A program made the translations under genes and the position numbers. Positions 1-8,495 of a stretch of DNA of 64,000 bases are shown here, piece after piece. Position 1 is the first letter of the stretch; the number at the start of each line of letters is the position of its first letter. The notes under the pieces are model-generated. The model had not been told where the DNA came from, did no database searches, and worked only from the letters and a program-made list of their open reading frames with translations. This DNA is from a candidate division WOR-3 bacterium (GTDB taxonomy: Bacteria > Hydrothermota > Tepidihabitantia > Tepidihabitantales > Tepidihabitantaceae), in contig CBFGJX010000008.1 in assembly GCA_965649225.1 (NCBI GenBank), forward strand, positions 21,512 to 85,511. The letters are read 5' to 3'.

Positions 1-135
1 CTGGGACAGATGGCCAATACTCAGGACCAGAAGGAATTGCGCAAACTCGCCGATCAGGCACACGAGGCCAATATCGCTGCACGAAAGGCATTGAAAGCCG
101 CAACCGGCAGCGATTCGGACGACGAAGGAAACTAG
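1..135 (+). CDS. 3' end of an unidentified protein (5'-truncated by the window edge)
   Basis: Frame 1 is open from the window edge to TAG at 133-135 (…KELRKLADQAHEANIAARKALKAATGSDSDDEGN*). A stem-loop follows downstream. There is no recognisable domain. Confidence 0.35.
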   Translation: MGQMANTQDQKELRKLADQAHEANIAARKALKAATGSDSDDEGN

Positions 136-149
136 CGTCCGTCCGCCGG

Positions 150-205
150 GCGGTTGAGAGCGGTCCGGCTCAGTCGGCGTAAACGGCTGGGCCGGACCGT
201 TTTCG
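150..205 (+). terminator. Stem-loop downstream of the truncated CDS (GGTCCGGC…GCCGGACC followed by GTTTTCG)
   Basis: An 8-bp inverted repeat with a long loop, followed by a short T-rich run. Confidence 0.3.
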
Positions 206-215
206 TGGTGGTTGC

Positions 216-243
216 TTGACGGGACAGGCGGGGCGGGGATAAT
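216..243 (+). promoter_or_regulatory. Putative sigma70-type promoter (TTGACG -N16/17- GATAAT) upstream of the 277 gene
   Basis: TTGACG at 216-221 and GATAAT at 238-243. A GAGGAGG ribosome-binding site at 265-271 precedes the TTG start at 277. Confidence 0.3.
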
Positions 244-276
244 TGCCCTGACCGGCAATGCGTTGAGGAGGTAAAT

Positions 277-525
277 TTGAACTGTCGAATCATCATGGCA
301 ATCCGTATTGCCCGCCGCAGTCAGGCGGCGGTGAAGGTACAGGAAGTCCTCACCCGGCACGGCTGCATCATCGGTCTGCGCATCGGTCTGCACGAGATCG
401 GTAATGTCTGTGCCGAGGATGGGCTGGTACTGCTGAATGTCTGTGGCAAGCCGAAGGAGGTCGCGGCCCTGAAAAAAGACCTGCGCGCCATCAAAGGGGT
501 GCGGGTCAAGTCGATGGAGGTTTAG
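277..525 (+). CDS. Small (82 aa) ACT-fold-like regulatory protein. It resembles the TM1266-type 'Fe-only hydrogenase system regulator' / NikR-C-like family.
   Basis: TTG start with a strong GAGGAGG ribosome-binding site. The pattern …CIIGLRIGLHEIGNVCAEDGLVLLNVCGKPKEVAALKKDLRAIKGVRVKS… matches, from memory, the small βαββαβ regulators of that family. The homology is recalled, not computed. Confidence 0.4.
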   Translation: MNCRIIMAIRIARRSQAAVKVQEVLTRHGCIIGLRIGLHEIGNVCAEDGLVLLNVCGKPKEVAALKKDLRAIKGVRVKSMEV

Positions 526-531
526 GGCGGC

Positions 532-1125
532 TTGAGCATTCTGAAGCGGCTGGGCGTGCCGGTATTCTACGCCGAGGGCATTCCGGCCAGCACAGAGCGG
601 GCTTTGTGGTTACTGACTGTTGATGGACTGGTCAAGGCTGCGCCGCAGCGGTACAGCTTTGCCGAGATCGAAGCGCTGCCATTGACAACGGTCAATGCCC
701 GGCTGACGTCAGTGAGCGGCTGGAGTGTCCGTTGCAACTGGCAGGGTGTGCGGTTTCTTGATCTGCTGGCCCGGCTTGAGCTGTTGCCCGGTGCCAGCCA
801 CGCGCTCTTTTCCAGTGCCGGCGGTTACACGACATCCCTGCCGCTGACGGCGCTGAGCTATGAGAAAGTGCTTCTGTGCTATCGCGTTGACGATGAATAC
901 TTGGAGCCGGAGTACGGCGGACCGCTGCGTCTGCTGGTTCCTCAGTTGTGGGGTTACAAGAGCGTGAAGGGACTGCAAACAATTACTTTCACCAGCCGGT
1001 CGGTGCCCGGCTGGTGGGAGAGTCGCGGTTATTCCGATGACGCGCGGATTGAACCGGGAGTCACGTTTGACATCAACACCCGCATGCGCCGACCGATACC
1101 CGGCGGTGAGGTTACCAGCTTCTAG
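532..1125 (+). CDS. Molybdopterin-binding oxidoreductase domain protein (sulfite-oxidase/YedY-fold, short form)
   Basis: GGPLRLLVPQLWGYKSVKGLQTITF matches the conserved C-terminal motif of the Oxidored_molyb family. TTG start at 532. Confidence 0.65.
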   Translation: MSILKRLGVPVFYAEGIPASTERALWLLTVDGLVKAAPQRYSFAEIEALPLTTVNARLTSVSGWSVRCNWQGVRFLDLLARLELLPGASHALFSSAGGYTTSLPLTALSYEKVLLCYRVDDEYLEPEYGGPLRLLVPQLWGYKSVKGLQTITFTSRSVPGWWESRGYSDDARIEPGVTFDINTRMRRPIPGGEVTSF

Positions 1126-1135
1126 GGGGTAGTCG

Positions 1136-1702
1136 ATGGATGTGACAACAGCAATTCACGAGCGGCGGGCCTTTCGGTCACTGGAGCCGGTACCAGTCGG
1201 TGAGGAACTGGCGCGCGACCTCGCCCGTCACGCGCAGCTTGCACCGAGCTGTTTCAATAATCAGCCGGCCCGGTTCTGCTTCGTCTGGGAACCGGCGGCG
1301 CTGGCGGCGGTAAAGGCGGCGCTGAACAAGGGTAACGACTGGGCCCGCGACGCATCGATGATTGTCGCGGTTTTCGCCGAAAAGGAGGCCGACTGCGTCA
1401 TCCGCGACCGGGAGTACTATCTCTTCGACACCGGACTGGCAACAGCTCTGTTGATCCTGCGGGCGACTGAGCTAGGGCTGGTGGCGCATCCAATCGCCGG
1501 CTATGACCCGGACAAGGTCCGGGTGGCACTGGCGATACCGGCCGAAATGCAGGTGATTACGCTGGTGATTATCGGCCGGCGTGCGCCGGAACCCAGTCCC
1601 GGGCTGAGCGAAGCTCAGCTCGAGGCCGAGCGGCAGCGGCCGGCACGTCTGCCGCTGGAGAGCGTGGCTTTTTTTAACCGCTGTCAGGAGGTCGAGGGGT
1701 GA
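1136..1702 (+). CDS. Nitroreductase-family NAD(P)H-flavin oxidoreductase
   Basis: IHERRAFRSLEP…CFNNQPARFCFV… are N-terminal nitroreductase signatures. The length is 188 aa. Confidence 0.8.
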   Translation: MDVTTAIHERRAFRSLEPVPVGEELARDLARHAQLAPSCFNNQPARFCFVWEPAALAAVKAALNKGNDWARDASMIVAVFAEKEADCVIRDREYYLFDTGLATALLILRATELGLVAHPIAGYDPDKVRVALAIPAEMQVITLVIIGRRAPEPSPGLSEAQLEAERQRPARLPLESVAFFNRCQEVEG

Positions 1703-1986
1703 ACCTGCTGCGTCGAGTGCATCTTTATGTCGGTGCGCTGGTGGCGCCTTTTCTGCTGGTTACGGCTGTTACCGCAGTTGTGATGCTTCTGGACATCGAT
1801 CACGACGCACTGCTGTTTCTGCGTCTGCACAGCTGGCGCATCATCCAGCAATACCTCGGCGTTGCAGTGGCAGCGGGGCTGGTGGTGCTGGCAGTGACCG
1901 GCGGCATTCTCTATGCCCAGTTCCGCATCAACCAGTTCCGACGGCTGCGGGCAAAGCGGGCGGCGCAGAAGGTAGCGGCGGGCTGA
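1699..1986 (+). CDS. Small integral membrane protein (2 TM helices), hypothetical
   Basis: GTG start overlaps the upstream stop. Two long hydrophobic stretches. Translationally coupled position within the operon. Confidence 0.35.
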   Translation: MNLLRRVHLYVGALVAPFLLVTAVTAVVMLLDIDHDALLFLRLHSWRIIQQYLGVAVAAGLVVLAVTGGILYAQFRINQFRRLRAKRAAQKVAAG

Positions 1987-2534
1987 TGGCGTACGGGTCG
2001 GGACGGGTTGTACGAACACTGGGTGGGCGGGTTGAGGTACGGGTGAATCCGCCCTCGGCATGCGGCGGCTGTGCCAACCGGGCCGGCTGTGCCGTTTTCG
2101 GCACGCCGGAACGGACGGTGCTTGCTGAGAATCCGATTGGTGCCGGAGTCGGCGAGCGGGTACTGCTGGTGACAACCGGGCAGGCCGGTTCGCTTTCGGC
2201 GCTGGCGGCTTTTGGCCTGCCGGCCGGACTGCTGCTGGCTGGTATCGTCGTCGGTAACCTGCTGGCCGGCGACATTGGCGCCGGACTGGGCGGTGGTGCC
2301 GGGCTGGGCATCGGAGCGGCGGCGGTGGTGTGGATCAACCATCGGTTCAGCGGTCGAATGCTGCCCCGGGTGGTGCGCCGGCTGGGCAATGACGAGGTGA
2401 GCGAACAGGAATTGACGGAGAATTGTCAGCAACTTCCCGGAGGTCTTAGCAATGAGATGGTTGATGGTAATCGGACTGGTGCTGGTGACGGTGGTCGCTC
2501 ACGGGCGGCCGGCGAAGGGCAACGTGGTTTTTGA
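1986..2534 (+). CDS. RseC/MucC-family protein (SoxR-reducing-system / sigma-E positive-regulator-like)
   Basis: VVRTLGGRVEVRVNPPSACGGCANRAGCAVFG carries the CxxC…C motif of the family. Gly-rich transmembrane helices follow. The 3' end overlaps the next gene by 83 nt. Confidence 0.5.
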   Translation: MAYGSGRVVRTLGGRVEVRVNPPSACGGCANRAGCAVFGTPERTVLAENPIGAGVGERVLLVTTGQAGSLSALAAFGLPAGLLLAGIVVGNLLAGDIGAGLGGGAGLGIGAAAVVWINHRFSGRMLPRVVRRLGNDEVSEQELTENCQQLPGGLSNEMVDGNRTGAGDGGRSRAAGEGQRGF

Positions 2535-3378
2535 CAACCCGGAGCAGGGCGAGCGGACACTCTGGCGGGATGTGAAATTTGTACCGGATTCGACTGACCC
2601 GACCGGCAAGCGCGGCAGCTGGCAGGGCTGGTTTCATCAGGACAACATTGATTTGTCGCGCCGGTCCGAGGGAATAATCCGGGCCCGGATTGAAGGCAAG
2701 TGGCGCGAGCTGCGGATTGTCGAGCTGCCGCAGGATTTTCTGGACTGGAACTTCGGCCGGCGGCTGGAACAGCTGGCCGAAATCAAGAAGATGATGAGCG
2801 GTGACGAGACAGCCGGTCGGCCCGAGGTTGCCGGACCGCACAACGCAATTGTCGCATCACACGGAGCCAGACGCCGGGACTCGGAGTTTACCCTCAACAA
2901 TGCGGTCAAGGGTACCGGCTGGCTGCCCCGGCCCGAGAAGCTGGCCGAGCTGATCGAGCTGCTGCGGCGTACTTGGGATGATCCGATGCCGGCGAAGCTG
3001 GCGCTGCTGGAAAGCCTGTACACCAAGGAGACCGCGATTTACGACCGCACCAAGCAGGTTTCACTTGAGTTGTATGCCCGGCCGGACTTTGCGACCCACA
3101 GTTTCCTCAACCAGATGGCCGATCCCGGAGTGGCAGTCGTGTTTCTTGACCTGCCGAAGTCGTACGAACTGCGTTGTGTGGTTCAGATGCTGCATCCGGA
3201 TGACCCCGGGCTGAGCGAATACGAACGGCAGGTGGTCGATTACATCAATCTTGTCCACGACTACTTTCACGGTGCTGCACCGCATCGTTCGATTGGTGTG
3301 ATTTACCATGTCGTCCAGGTGTTTGACAACTCGCCCGGCCGGGGCCGGGGGCGTCGGATTGTGCCGTCGCTGCCTTAG
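2452..3378 (+). CDS. Secreted hypothetical protein (signal peptide). It sits immediately upstream of an ECF sigma/anti-sigma pair.
   Basis: MRWLMVIGLVLVTVVAHG is a signal peptide. No domain is recognised. Codon usage is GC3-rich. Confidence 0.5.
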   Translation: MRWLMVIGLVLVTVVAHGRPAKGNVVFDNPEQGERTLWRDVKFVPDSTDPTGKRGSWQGWFHQDNIDLSRRSEGIIRARIEGKWRELRIVELPQDFLDWNFGRRLEQLAEIKKMMSGDETAGRPEVAGPHNAIVASHGARRRDSEFTLNNAVKGTGWLPRPEKLAELIELLRRTWDDPMPAKLALLESLYTKETAIYDRTKQVSLELYARPDFATHSFLNQMADPGVAVVFLDLPKSYELRCVVQMLHPDDPGLSEYERQVVDYINLVHDYFHGAAPHRSIGVIYHVVQVFDNSPGRGRGRRIVPSLP

Positions 3379-3380
3379 TT

Positions 3381-4115
3381 GTGGATAGAGAAAACACCAC
3401 CGTGAGCGATGATGGTCCCGGGTTGATGCCGGTCGTGCTGCCCGGTGATGCCGAAACTGAGGCGTCACCGCGCGATGTTCAGACCGGGACACCGGCGGCC
3501 GGGGCTGGAGAAGTCAGAGCCGGGCCACTGCTGCCGGCCCCGCAGGCGCTGCCGGTTACCGACGAAGAACTGGTCCGGCGGGCACAGGCCGGCAACGGCG
3601 AAGCTTTTGAGGAGCTGGTGCGGCGTTACGAACGCAAGGTTTACAATATTGCCTACCGGCTGATGGGCAACGAGCGGGACGCCAGCGAGGTGTTGCAGGA
3701 CACCTTCCTGCGGGCCTACCGCTTCCTGCCCAAGTTTCAGTTCAAATCGTCGTTTTTCACCTGGCTGTACCGGATTGCAACCAATGTCAGCCTGACGCGG
3801 TTGCGGCGGCGCGAGAAGGTTCAGCTGGTATCGCTGGACGAGCCGGCTGACAGCGACGGCGGTACGCCGCTGGACCTGCCTGACTACCGCTACAATCCAG
3901 AGAAGCTGATGCAGCAGCGGGAGCTGCGGGAGGCGCTGAATGAAGCAGTTGAGAAACTGCCTCCCGAGTATCGGTCGGTGGTGGTACTGCGTGACCTGGA
4001 GGGATTGAGTAACGAAGAAGCGAGCAAGGTGTTGAATCTGACCGTGGCGGCGGTGAAGTCGCGGCTGCATCGCGGGCGACTGGAGCTGCGCAAGGCACTG
4101 GCCAAATATCTTTAG
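3381..4115 (+). CDS. ECF (group IV) sigma-70 factor, RpoE-like, with about 60 aa of low-complexity N-terminal extension
   Basis: Sigma region 2 (FEELVRRYERKVYNIAYRLMGNERDASEVLQDTFLRAYR…FFTWLYRIATN) and region 4 (VVVLRDLEGLSNEEASKVLNLTVAAVKSRLHRGR). The start codon is uncertain (GTG at 3381 or ATG near 3426). Confidence 0.85.
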   Translation: MDRENTTVSDDGPGLMPVVLPGDAETEASPRDVQTGTPAAGAGEVRAGPLLPAPQALPVTDEELVRRAQAGNGEAFEELVRRYERKVYNIAYRLMGNERDASEVLQDTFLRAYRFLPKFQFKSSFFTWLYRIATNVSLTRLRRREKVQLVSLDEPADSDGGTPLDLPDYRYNPEKLMQQRELREALNEAVEKLPPEYRSVVVLRDLEGLSNEEASKVLNLTVAAVKSRLHRGRLELRKALAKYL

Positions 4116-4123
4116 GACAAACG

Positions 4124-4399
4124 ATGAAACCAATGGACACTAATTCCTGCCCGGATTGTCGCGAACTGGCGGACTGGGCGGCCGAATTTGTTGACGGCGA
4201 GATGAGCCCCGAGGCCCGGCGGGAGCTGTTGTTGCATATCCAGTCGTGCCGGGAATGCGCCGAGCTGCTGCGGTCAATGAAGCGGCTGGTGCATTACTGC
4301 ACGCTGGTGCCGAATTGCGAAGTGCCGCAATCGGTGCATCAGCAGCTGTGGTTTTCAATCCGCCGCGAAATCAGTTACCGTCAGGAAAAGTCCGACTAG
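4124..4399 (+). CDS. Zinc-finger (zf-HC2, ChrR/RsrA-type) anti-sigma factor
   Basis: CPDCRE…H…C..C is a Cys/His motif of putative zinc-binding anti-sigma factors. It lies directly downstream of the ECF sigma, which is typical co-transcribed placement. Confidence 0.7.
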   Translation: MKPMDTNSCPDCRELADWAAEFVDGEMSPEARRELLLHIQSCRECAELLRSMKRLVHYCTLVPNCEVPQSVHQQLWFSIRREISYRQEKSD

Positions 4400-4438
4400 A
4401 ACCACTGGTCCGGTGTCGGCCGGACAGGAGTACCAGCA

Positions 4439-5515
4439 GTGCGAGTTGTCGTAGCGATGAGCGGTGGGGTTGATTCGGCGGTCGCTGCGGCAATACTGAA
4501 AGAGCAGGGGCATCAGGTAATCGGCATTACGATGCGGTTACTGGAACAGCCGGCCGGGGCTGACGGGCGGGGCTGCTGTGGCGACGATGCGGTTGAGTCG
4601 GCCCGCCGAACTGCCGGTCAATTACGGATTCCCCACTATGTGCTGGACATGCGTGCCGAGTTCGAGCGGGAGGTCGTTGCCGATTTTATCGCCGAGTATG
4701 CCCGGGGGCGAACGCCAAACCCGTGTATTCGCTGCAACGAAGCGTTGAAGTTTCGGCGGCTCGTTGAGCGAGCTGAAGCACTGGGGGCACAGGCAGTCGC
4801 GACCGGCCACCATGCCCGGATCCGACTGCATCCCGGTGGTGGCTGGCGGTTGTTGCGGGGGCGGGATGCGGCAAAGGACCAGAGCTACTTCCTCTACCGG
4901 CTGACACAGGACCGGCTGGCGCGGGTGCTGATGCCGGTTGGTGAGTTGACCAAGGCCGAAGTGCGCGAACGGGCGCGGGCGCTGGGGTTGACCGCGGCCG
5001 CCCACCGACCGGAAAGCCAGGAGGCCTGTTTTATTCCGGACAACGACAGCGTGGCATTTCTGCAACGGCGCCGGCCGGAGCTGTTTCGGCGCGGGCCGAT
5101 ACTGGACGAGAACGGCCGGCAGGTGGGCACTCACGATGGAATTGCCGGTCTGACCCTCGGGCAGCGACGGGGAATCGGCGTGGCACTGGGTGAACGACGG
5201 TATGTTGTGGCGATTGATGTTGAGCGAAATACTATCGTTGTCGCCGGGGCAGCATCAGCGCGGGTGCAGGGTGTGGAAGCCGGCGATATCTGCTGGGTCT
5301 GGCCGGGGGCGCGGGAACTGCGGACCGGCGTAACCGCCCGAGTGCGGTCGCAGGGTCAGGATGTGCCGGTGCGGGTTGACTATGCTGCGCCGGACCGGTT
5401 GCTGGTCTTCTTTGAAGAACCACAGTGGCTGCCGGCACCGGGCCAGGCGGTGGTGTTGTGGCAGGGGGCAGTTGTACTCGGGGGCGGGGTGATTGAGCGG
5501 GCAATCCGGGAATGA
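4439..5515 (+). CDS. mnmA: tRNA-specific 2-thiouridylase MnmA
   Basis: The PP-loop VVAMSGGVDSAVAA, the catalytic NPCIRCNE, and a YFLY motif. Confidence 0.9.
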   Translation: MRVVVAMSGGVDSAVAAAILKEQGHQVIGITMRLLEQPAGADGRGCCGDDAVESARRTAGQLRIPHYVLDMRAEFEREVVADFIAEYARGRTPNPCIRCNEALKFRRLVERAEALGAQAVATGHHARIRLHPGGGWRLLRGRDAAKDQSYFLYRLTQDRLARVLMPVGELTKAEVRERARALGLTAAAHRPESQEACFIPDNDSVAFLQRRRPELFRRGPILDENGRQVGTHDGIAGLTLGQRRGIGVALGERRYVVAIDVERNTIVVAGAASARVQGVEAGDICWVWPGARELRTGVTARVRSQGQDVPVRVDYAAPDRLLVFFEEPQWLPAPGQAVVLWQGAVVLGGGVIERAIRE

Positions 5516-5566
5516 ACTGCCGCCGCCGGTGGTAAGTCGGGCAGACAGTTTAGCTGAGGAGGTTTC

Positions 5567-7126
5567 GTGATCTGGATTTTTCTGGCGGCGATGACGGTGA
5601 GTTCGCGGGTGGACTCGGCAATTGTGTATCCCAATCAGGTGGTGGTGGTGCGGCGGGCCGAGCTCAACATTGCCGGGGCAACCGAAGTGGTACTGCCCGG
5701 TCTGCCCGGGGCGCTGGACGACAACACGGTCCGGATTGCTGCCAGCGGGCTGCGGATTGGCGAGGTTCAGGTGCGGCGCGGTTATCAGGCTGAACCGACG
5801 CCTGAGGTGCGACGACTGGAACTACGGGTGCAGCTGCTGGAAGACTCGCTGGCGGGACTGGACAACGAAGCGACGGTGCTGAAGGCAAGAGAAGACTTTC
5901 TGACTTCGGTCAAGCTGGGGACACCGGAGATTATTGCCCGGGAACTGCAGCAGGGCCGGGTGGCACCGGAAGCGTGGCGGTCGGCACTGGTTTTCGTCGC
6001 CGACGAACTGACGCGGGTGAAGGCACGGGCGGTGAAGCTGGCGCGGGAACGCGGTGAACTCGACCGCCGGCTGACGGCGGCGCGGCAGGAGTATGCCGAT
6101 GCCCGGGCCGCAATCGAAAACCGCAAGGAAGTACGCTTCGACTGCACCGGCACGGGCAGTTTTACCCTGCGGCTGTCGTATGCGATTGCCGGTGCGGCGA
6201 GCTGGGCGCCCTACTATGAATTGCGCGCGCGACCCGGCGACAACCGGGTGACAGTCGGCTACTTCGCCCGGCTTGGTCAGCGCACCGGCGAAGACTGGGA
6301 ACGAGTGAAGCTGGTGCTCTCGACGATGCAGCCCAGCGGCGGCAATGTTCCTCCCGAGCCGCAGCCCTGGTATGTTGCGGCGGAAGAGCCAGCGCGGCCG
6401 CGCCGGGCGTTTTCGGCCAAGGCCACGGCCGAATCAGGAGTGATGATGGCGCCGGGGTATGACGGGGTTGCCGAAGCGGAACCGGAGCTGGCGGTTGTTG
6501 AAACCGGCATTGCGCTGCAGTATTCGATTCCGGGTCGCGTGAGCCTGAAGAGCGGTGAGCCGGCAAAGAAGCTCGCCCTCGATGAATCAGGACTGCCGGC
6601 CGATTTTGAGTATCTGGCGGTGCCACGCCAGCGCCCGGCCGCTTTTCTCACTGGTCGGCTGGTCAATTCCGGCAACATGGTATATCTGGCCGGACAGGGC
6701 AACACCTATGTCGGCGATGAGTTTACCGGCAGTGCCTGGTTACCGGCAGTGGCACCGGGCGAGACCGTGCCGGTGGCCTTCGGCGTCGATGAACGAATCC
6801 GGGTGAAACGGGAACTGGTGCGGACGTTCAGGTCACGGGCGGGTCTGTTCAGCAAAACCGAAAGAACCAAGTTTGTCTATCGGACAACGGTGGAGAATTA
6901 TCAGCCCGGCACCGTGCGGCTGCGGCTGGTGGAGAATGTGCCGGTATCACAGGACGAACGGGTAAAGGTAAGTGTCGACCGGGTTGAGCCGCGGCCGGAC
7001 GAAGAAGACCGTGACCGGGGACTGCTGACGTGGCGGCCTGAACTCGGAACGCAGAACCGGTTCAATGTCGAGATTGAGTTTACGGTTGAACATCCGGCCG
7101 GCCAGCCGGTCAACGGGCTGTTCTAG
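5567..7126 (+). CDS. DUF4140/DUF4139 protein (mucoidy-inhibitor MuiA-like family), secreted
   Basis: N-terminal signal-like segment. An N-terminal β domain, a central coiled coil, and a C-terminal DUF4139-like domain (…VRLRLVENVPVSQDERVKVSV…FNVEIEFTVEHP). Confidence 0.65.
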   Translation: MIWIFLAAMTVSSRVDSAIVYPNQVVVVRRAELNIAGATEVVLPGLPGALDDNTVRIAASGLRIGEVQVRRGYQAEPTPEVRRLELRVQLLEDSLAGLDNEATVLKAREDFLTSVKLGTPEIIARELQQGRVAPEAWRSALVFVADELTRVKARAVKLARERGELDRRLTAARQEYADARAAIENRKEVRFDCTGTGSFTLRLSYAIAGAASWAPYYELRARPGDNRVTVGYFARLGQRTGEDWERVKLVLSTMQPSGGNVPPEPQPWYVAAEEPARPRRAFSAKATAESGVMMAPGYDGVAEAEPELAVVETGIALQYSIPGRVSLKSGEPAKKLALDESGLPADFEYLAVPRQRPAAFLTGRLVNSGNMVYLAGQGNTYVGDEFTGSAWLPAVAPGETVPVAFGVDERIRVKRELVRTFRSRAGLFSKTERTKFVYRTTVENYQPGTVRLRLVENVPVSQDERVKVSVDRVEPRPDEEDRDRGLLTWRPELGTQNRFNVEIEFTVEHPAGQPVNGLF

Positions 7127-7168
7127 TGCCGGGGCGGCGGTGTAAGAAGGGCCAGTGACCCGGAGCGG

Positions 7169-8491
7169 ATGAAGACCGTTACTGTCGTCGGCGCCGGCCT
7201 GGCCGGCTGCGAGGCGGCACTGCAGCTGGTCCGGCGTGGTGTCAGCGTGCGGCTGGTGGAGATGCGACCGGGGAAGATGACCGAAGCGCATCAAACCGGC
7301 GAACCGGCCGAACTGGTCTGTTCCAATTCGCTGAAATCCGAGGAACCGGTAAATGCCCACGGGTTGCTCAAGGCCGAGCTGCGCCGGTTGGGCTGCGAGC
7401 TGCTGGAATGTGCCGAACAGGCAAGGGTGCCGGGAGGCAAGGCGCTGGTGGTGGACCGACGTCGGTTCTCGGCGCTGGTTGCGGCCCGGCTGGCGGCGGC
7501 CGGGATTGCAGTTGAGCAACGGGAAGCGGTTGATTTGCCCGAAGGGATAACGATCGTCGCCACCGGGCCGCTGACCTCGCCGGCGCTGGCCGATGCCTTG
7601 AACCGGCTGGTCGGCGTCGGGCGGCTGTTTTTTTACGATGCCATCGCGCCGATTGTGCTGGCAGAGACGCTTGACCGTTCCCGAGTGTTTGCCGCATCGC
7701 GCTACGGCGCGGGTGCCGATTATCTCAACTGTCCATTGACCGAGTCTGAGTATGACCGGCTGGTGGACGAGCTGCGCAATGCCGAGCTGTATCCGCTGCA
7801 CGATTTCGAGAGTGCCGGTTTCTTTGCCGGTTGTCTGCCGGTGGAGGAAATGGCCCGGCGCGGCCGGCTGGTACTGGCATTTGGCCCGCTGAAGCCGGTG
7901 GGGCTGATTGATCCGCGTACCGGTCGGCGGCCGTTTGCCGTTGTCCAGCTCCGGCCGGAGAACGAGACCGGCACGATGTACAATCTGGTTGGTTTTCAGA
8001 CCCGGCTGCGCCACGGCGAACAGCAGCGGGTGTTCCGGCTGATTCCGGGTCTGGAAACGGCCGAGTTTGTCCGCTTCGGCAGCATTCACCGCAACACCTA
8101 CCTGGACGGGCCGAAAACGCTGCGGCCGACACTGCAGACACGGGTAAGACCCGATTTGTTTGTTGCCGGTCAGCTTACAGGTGTTGAGGGTTATGTCGAG
8201 TCGATTGCTGCCGGGCTGGTAGCCGGAGTCAATGCCGCCCGGCTGGCGCTGGGCAGAGAACCGGTTGTGCTGCCGCCCGAAACGATGATTGGTGCGCTGC
8301 TGGCCTACGTCAGTGCGCCCAACAGCAGTTTCCAGCCGATGAATGCGAATTTCGGGCTGCTGCCACCGATCGGCAGGAGGTTGCGCGGCCGGGACCGCAA
8401 GGCAGCACAGGCCGAGCTGGCACTGGCGGCTGTCGCCAGTGTCTCCGGGCTGTTGAACAGTGAGACTGAACAAGTTTGTTTGCCGGGGTAA
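7169..8491 (+). CDS. trmFO: Methylenetetrahydrofolate--tRNA-(uracil54-C5)-methyltransferase TrmFO
   Basis: The FAD-binding VTVVGAGLAGCEAA, LVCSNSLK, and the conserved FFAGQLTGVEGYVESIAAG. Confidence 0.9.
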   Translation: MKTVTVVGAGLAGCEAALQLVRRGVSVRLVEMRPGKMTEAHQTGEPAELVCSNSLKSEEPVNAHGLLKAELRRLGCELLECAEQARVPGGKALVVDRRRFSALVAARLAAAGIAVEQREAVDLPEGITIVATGPLTSPALADALNRLVGVGRLFFYDAIAPIVLAETLDRSRVFAASRYGAGADYLNCPLTESEYDRLVDELRNAELYPLHDFESAGFFAGCLPVEEMARRGRLVLAFGPLKPVGLIDPRTGRRPFAVVQLRPENETGTMYNLVGFQTRLRHGEQQRVFRLIPGLETAEFVRFGSIHRNTYLDGPKTLRPTLQTRVRPDLFVAGQLTGVEGYVESIAAGLVAGVNAARLALGREPVVLPPETMIGALLAYVSAPNSSFQPMNANFGLLPPIGRRLRGRDRKAAQAELALAAVASVSGLLNSETEQVCLPG

Positions 8492-8495
8492 CGTA

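Noticed and set aside
6947-8473. A 508-aa antisense ORF opposite trmFO. Similar long antisense ORFs exist opposite the S8 gene (16145-17455), rtcB (10840-11826), the ABC-F gene (17389-18423), the giant protein (20507-21523, 21088-22026, 22340-23359), the M14 gene (25231-26571), the GT39 gene (30236-31402), pepA (33376-34122), the zincin (35429-36451), pyrD (40075-41184), pstB/phoU (52422-53882), phoR (54525-55424), the 429-aa unknown (56578-57819), the aminotransferase (59210-60169), uvrB (61214-61954) and the DUF362 gene (62819-63457).
   Set aside because: The high G+C content removes stop codons from non-coding frames. Their translations are Arg/Pro/Ala/Gly-rich low-complexity sequence with no domain signatures. 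The opposite-strand genes have unmistakable family motifs.
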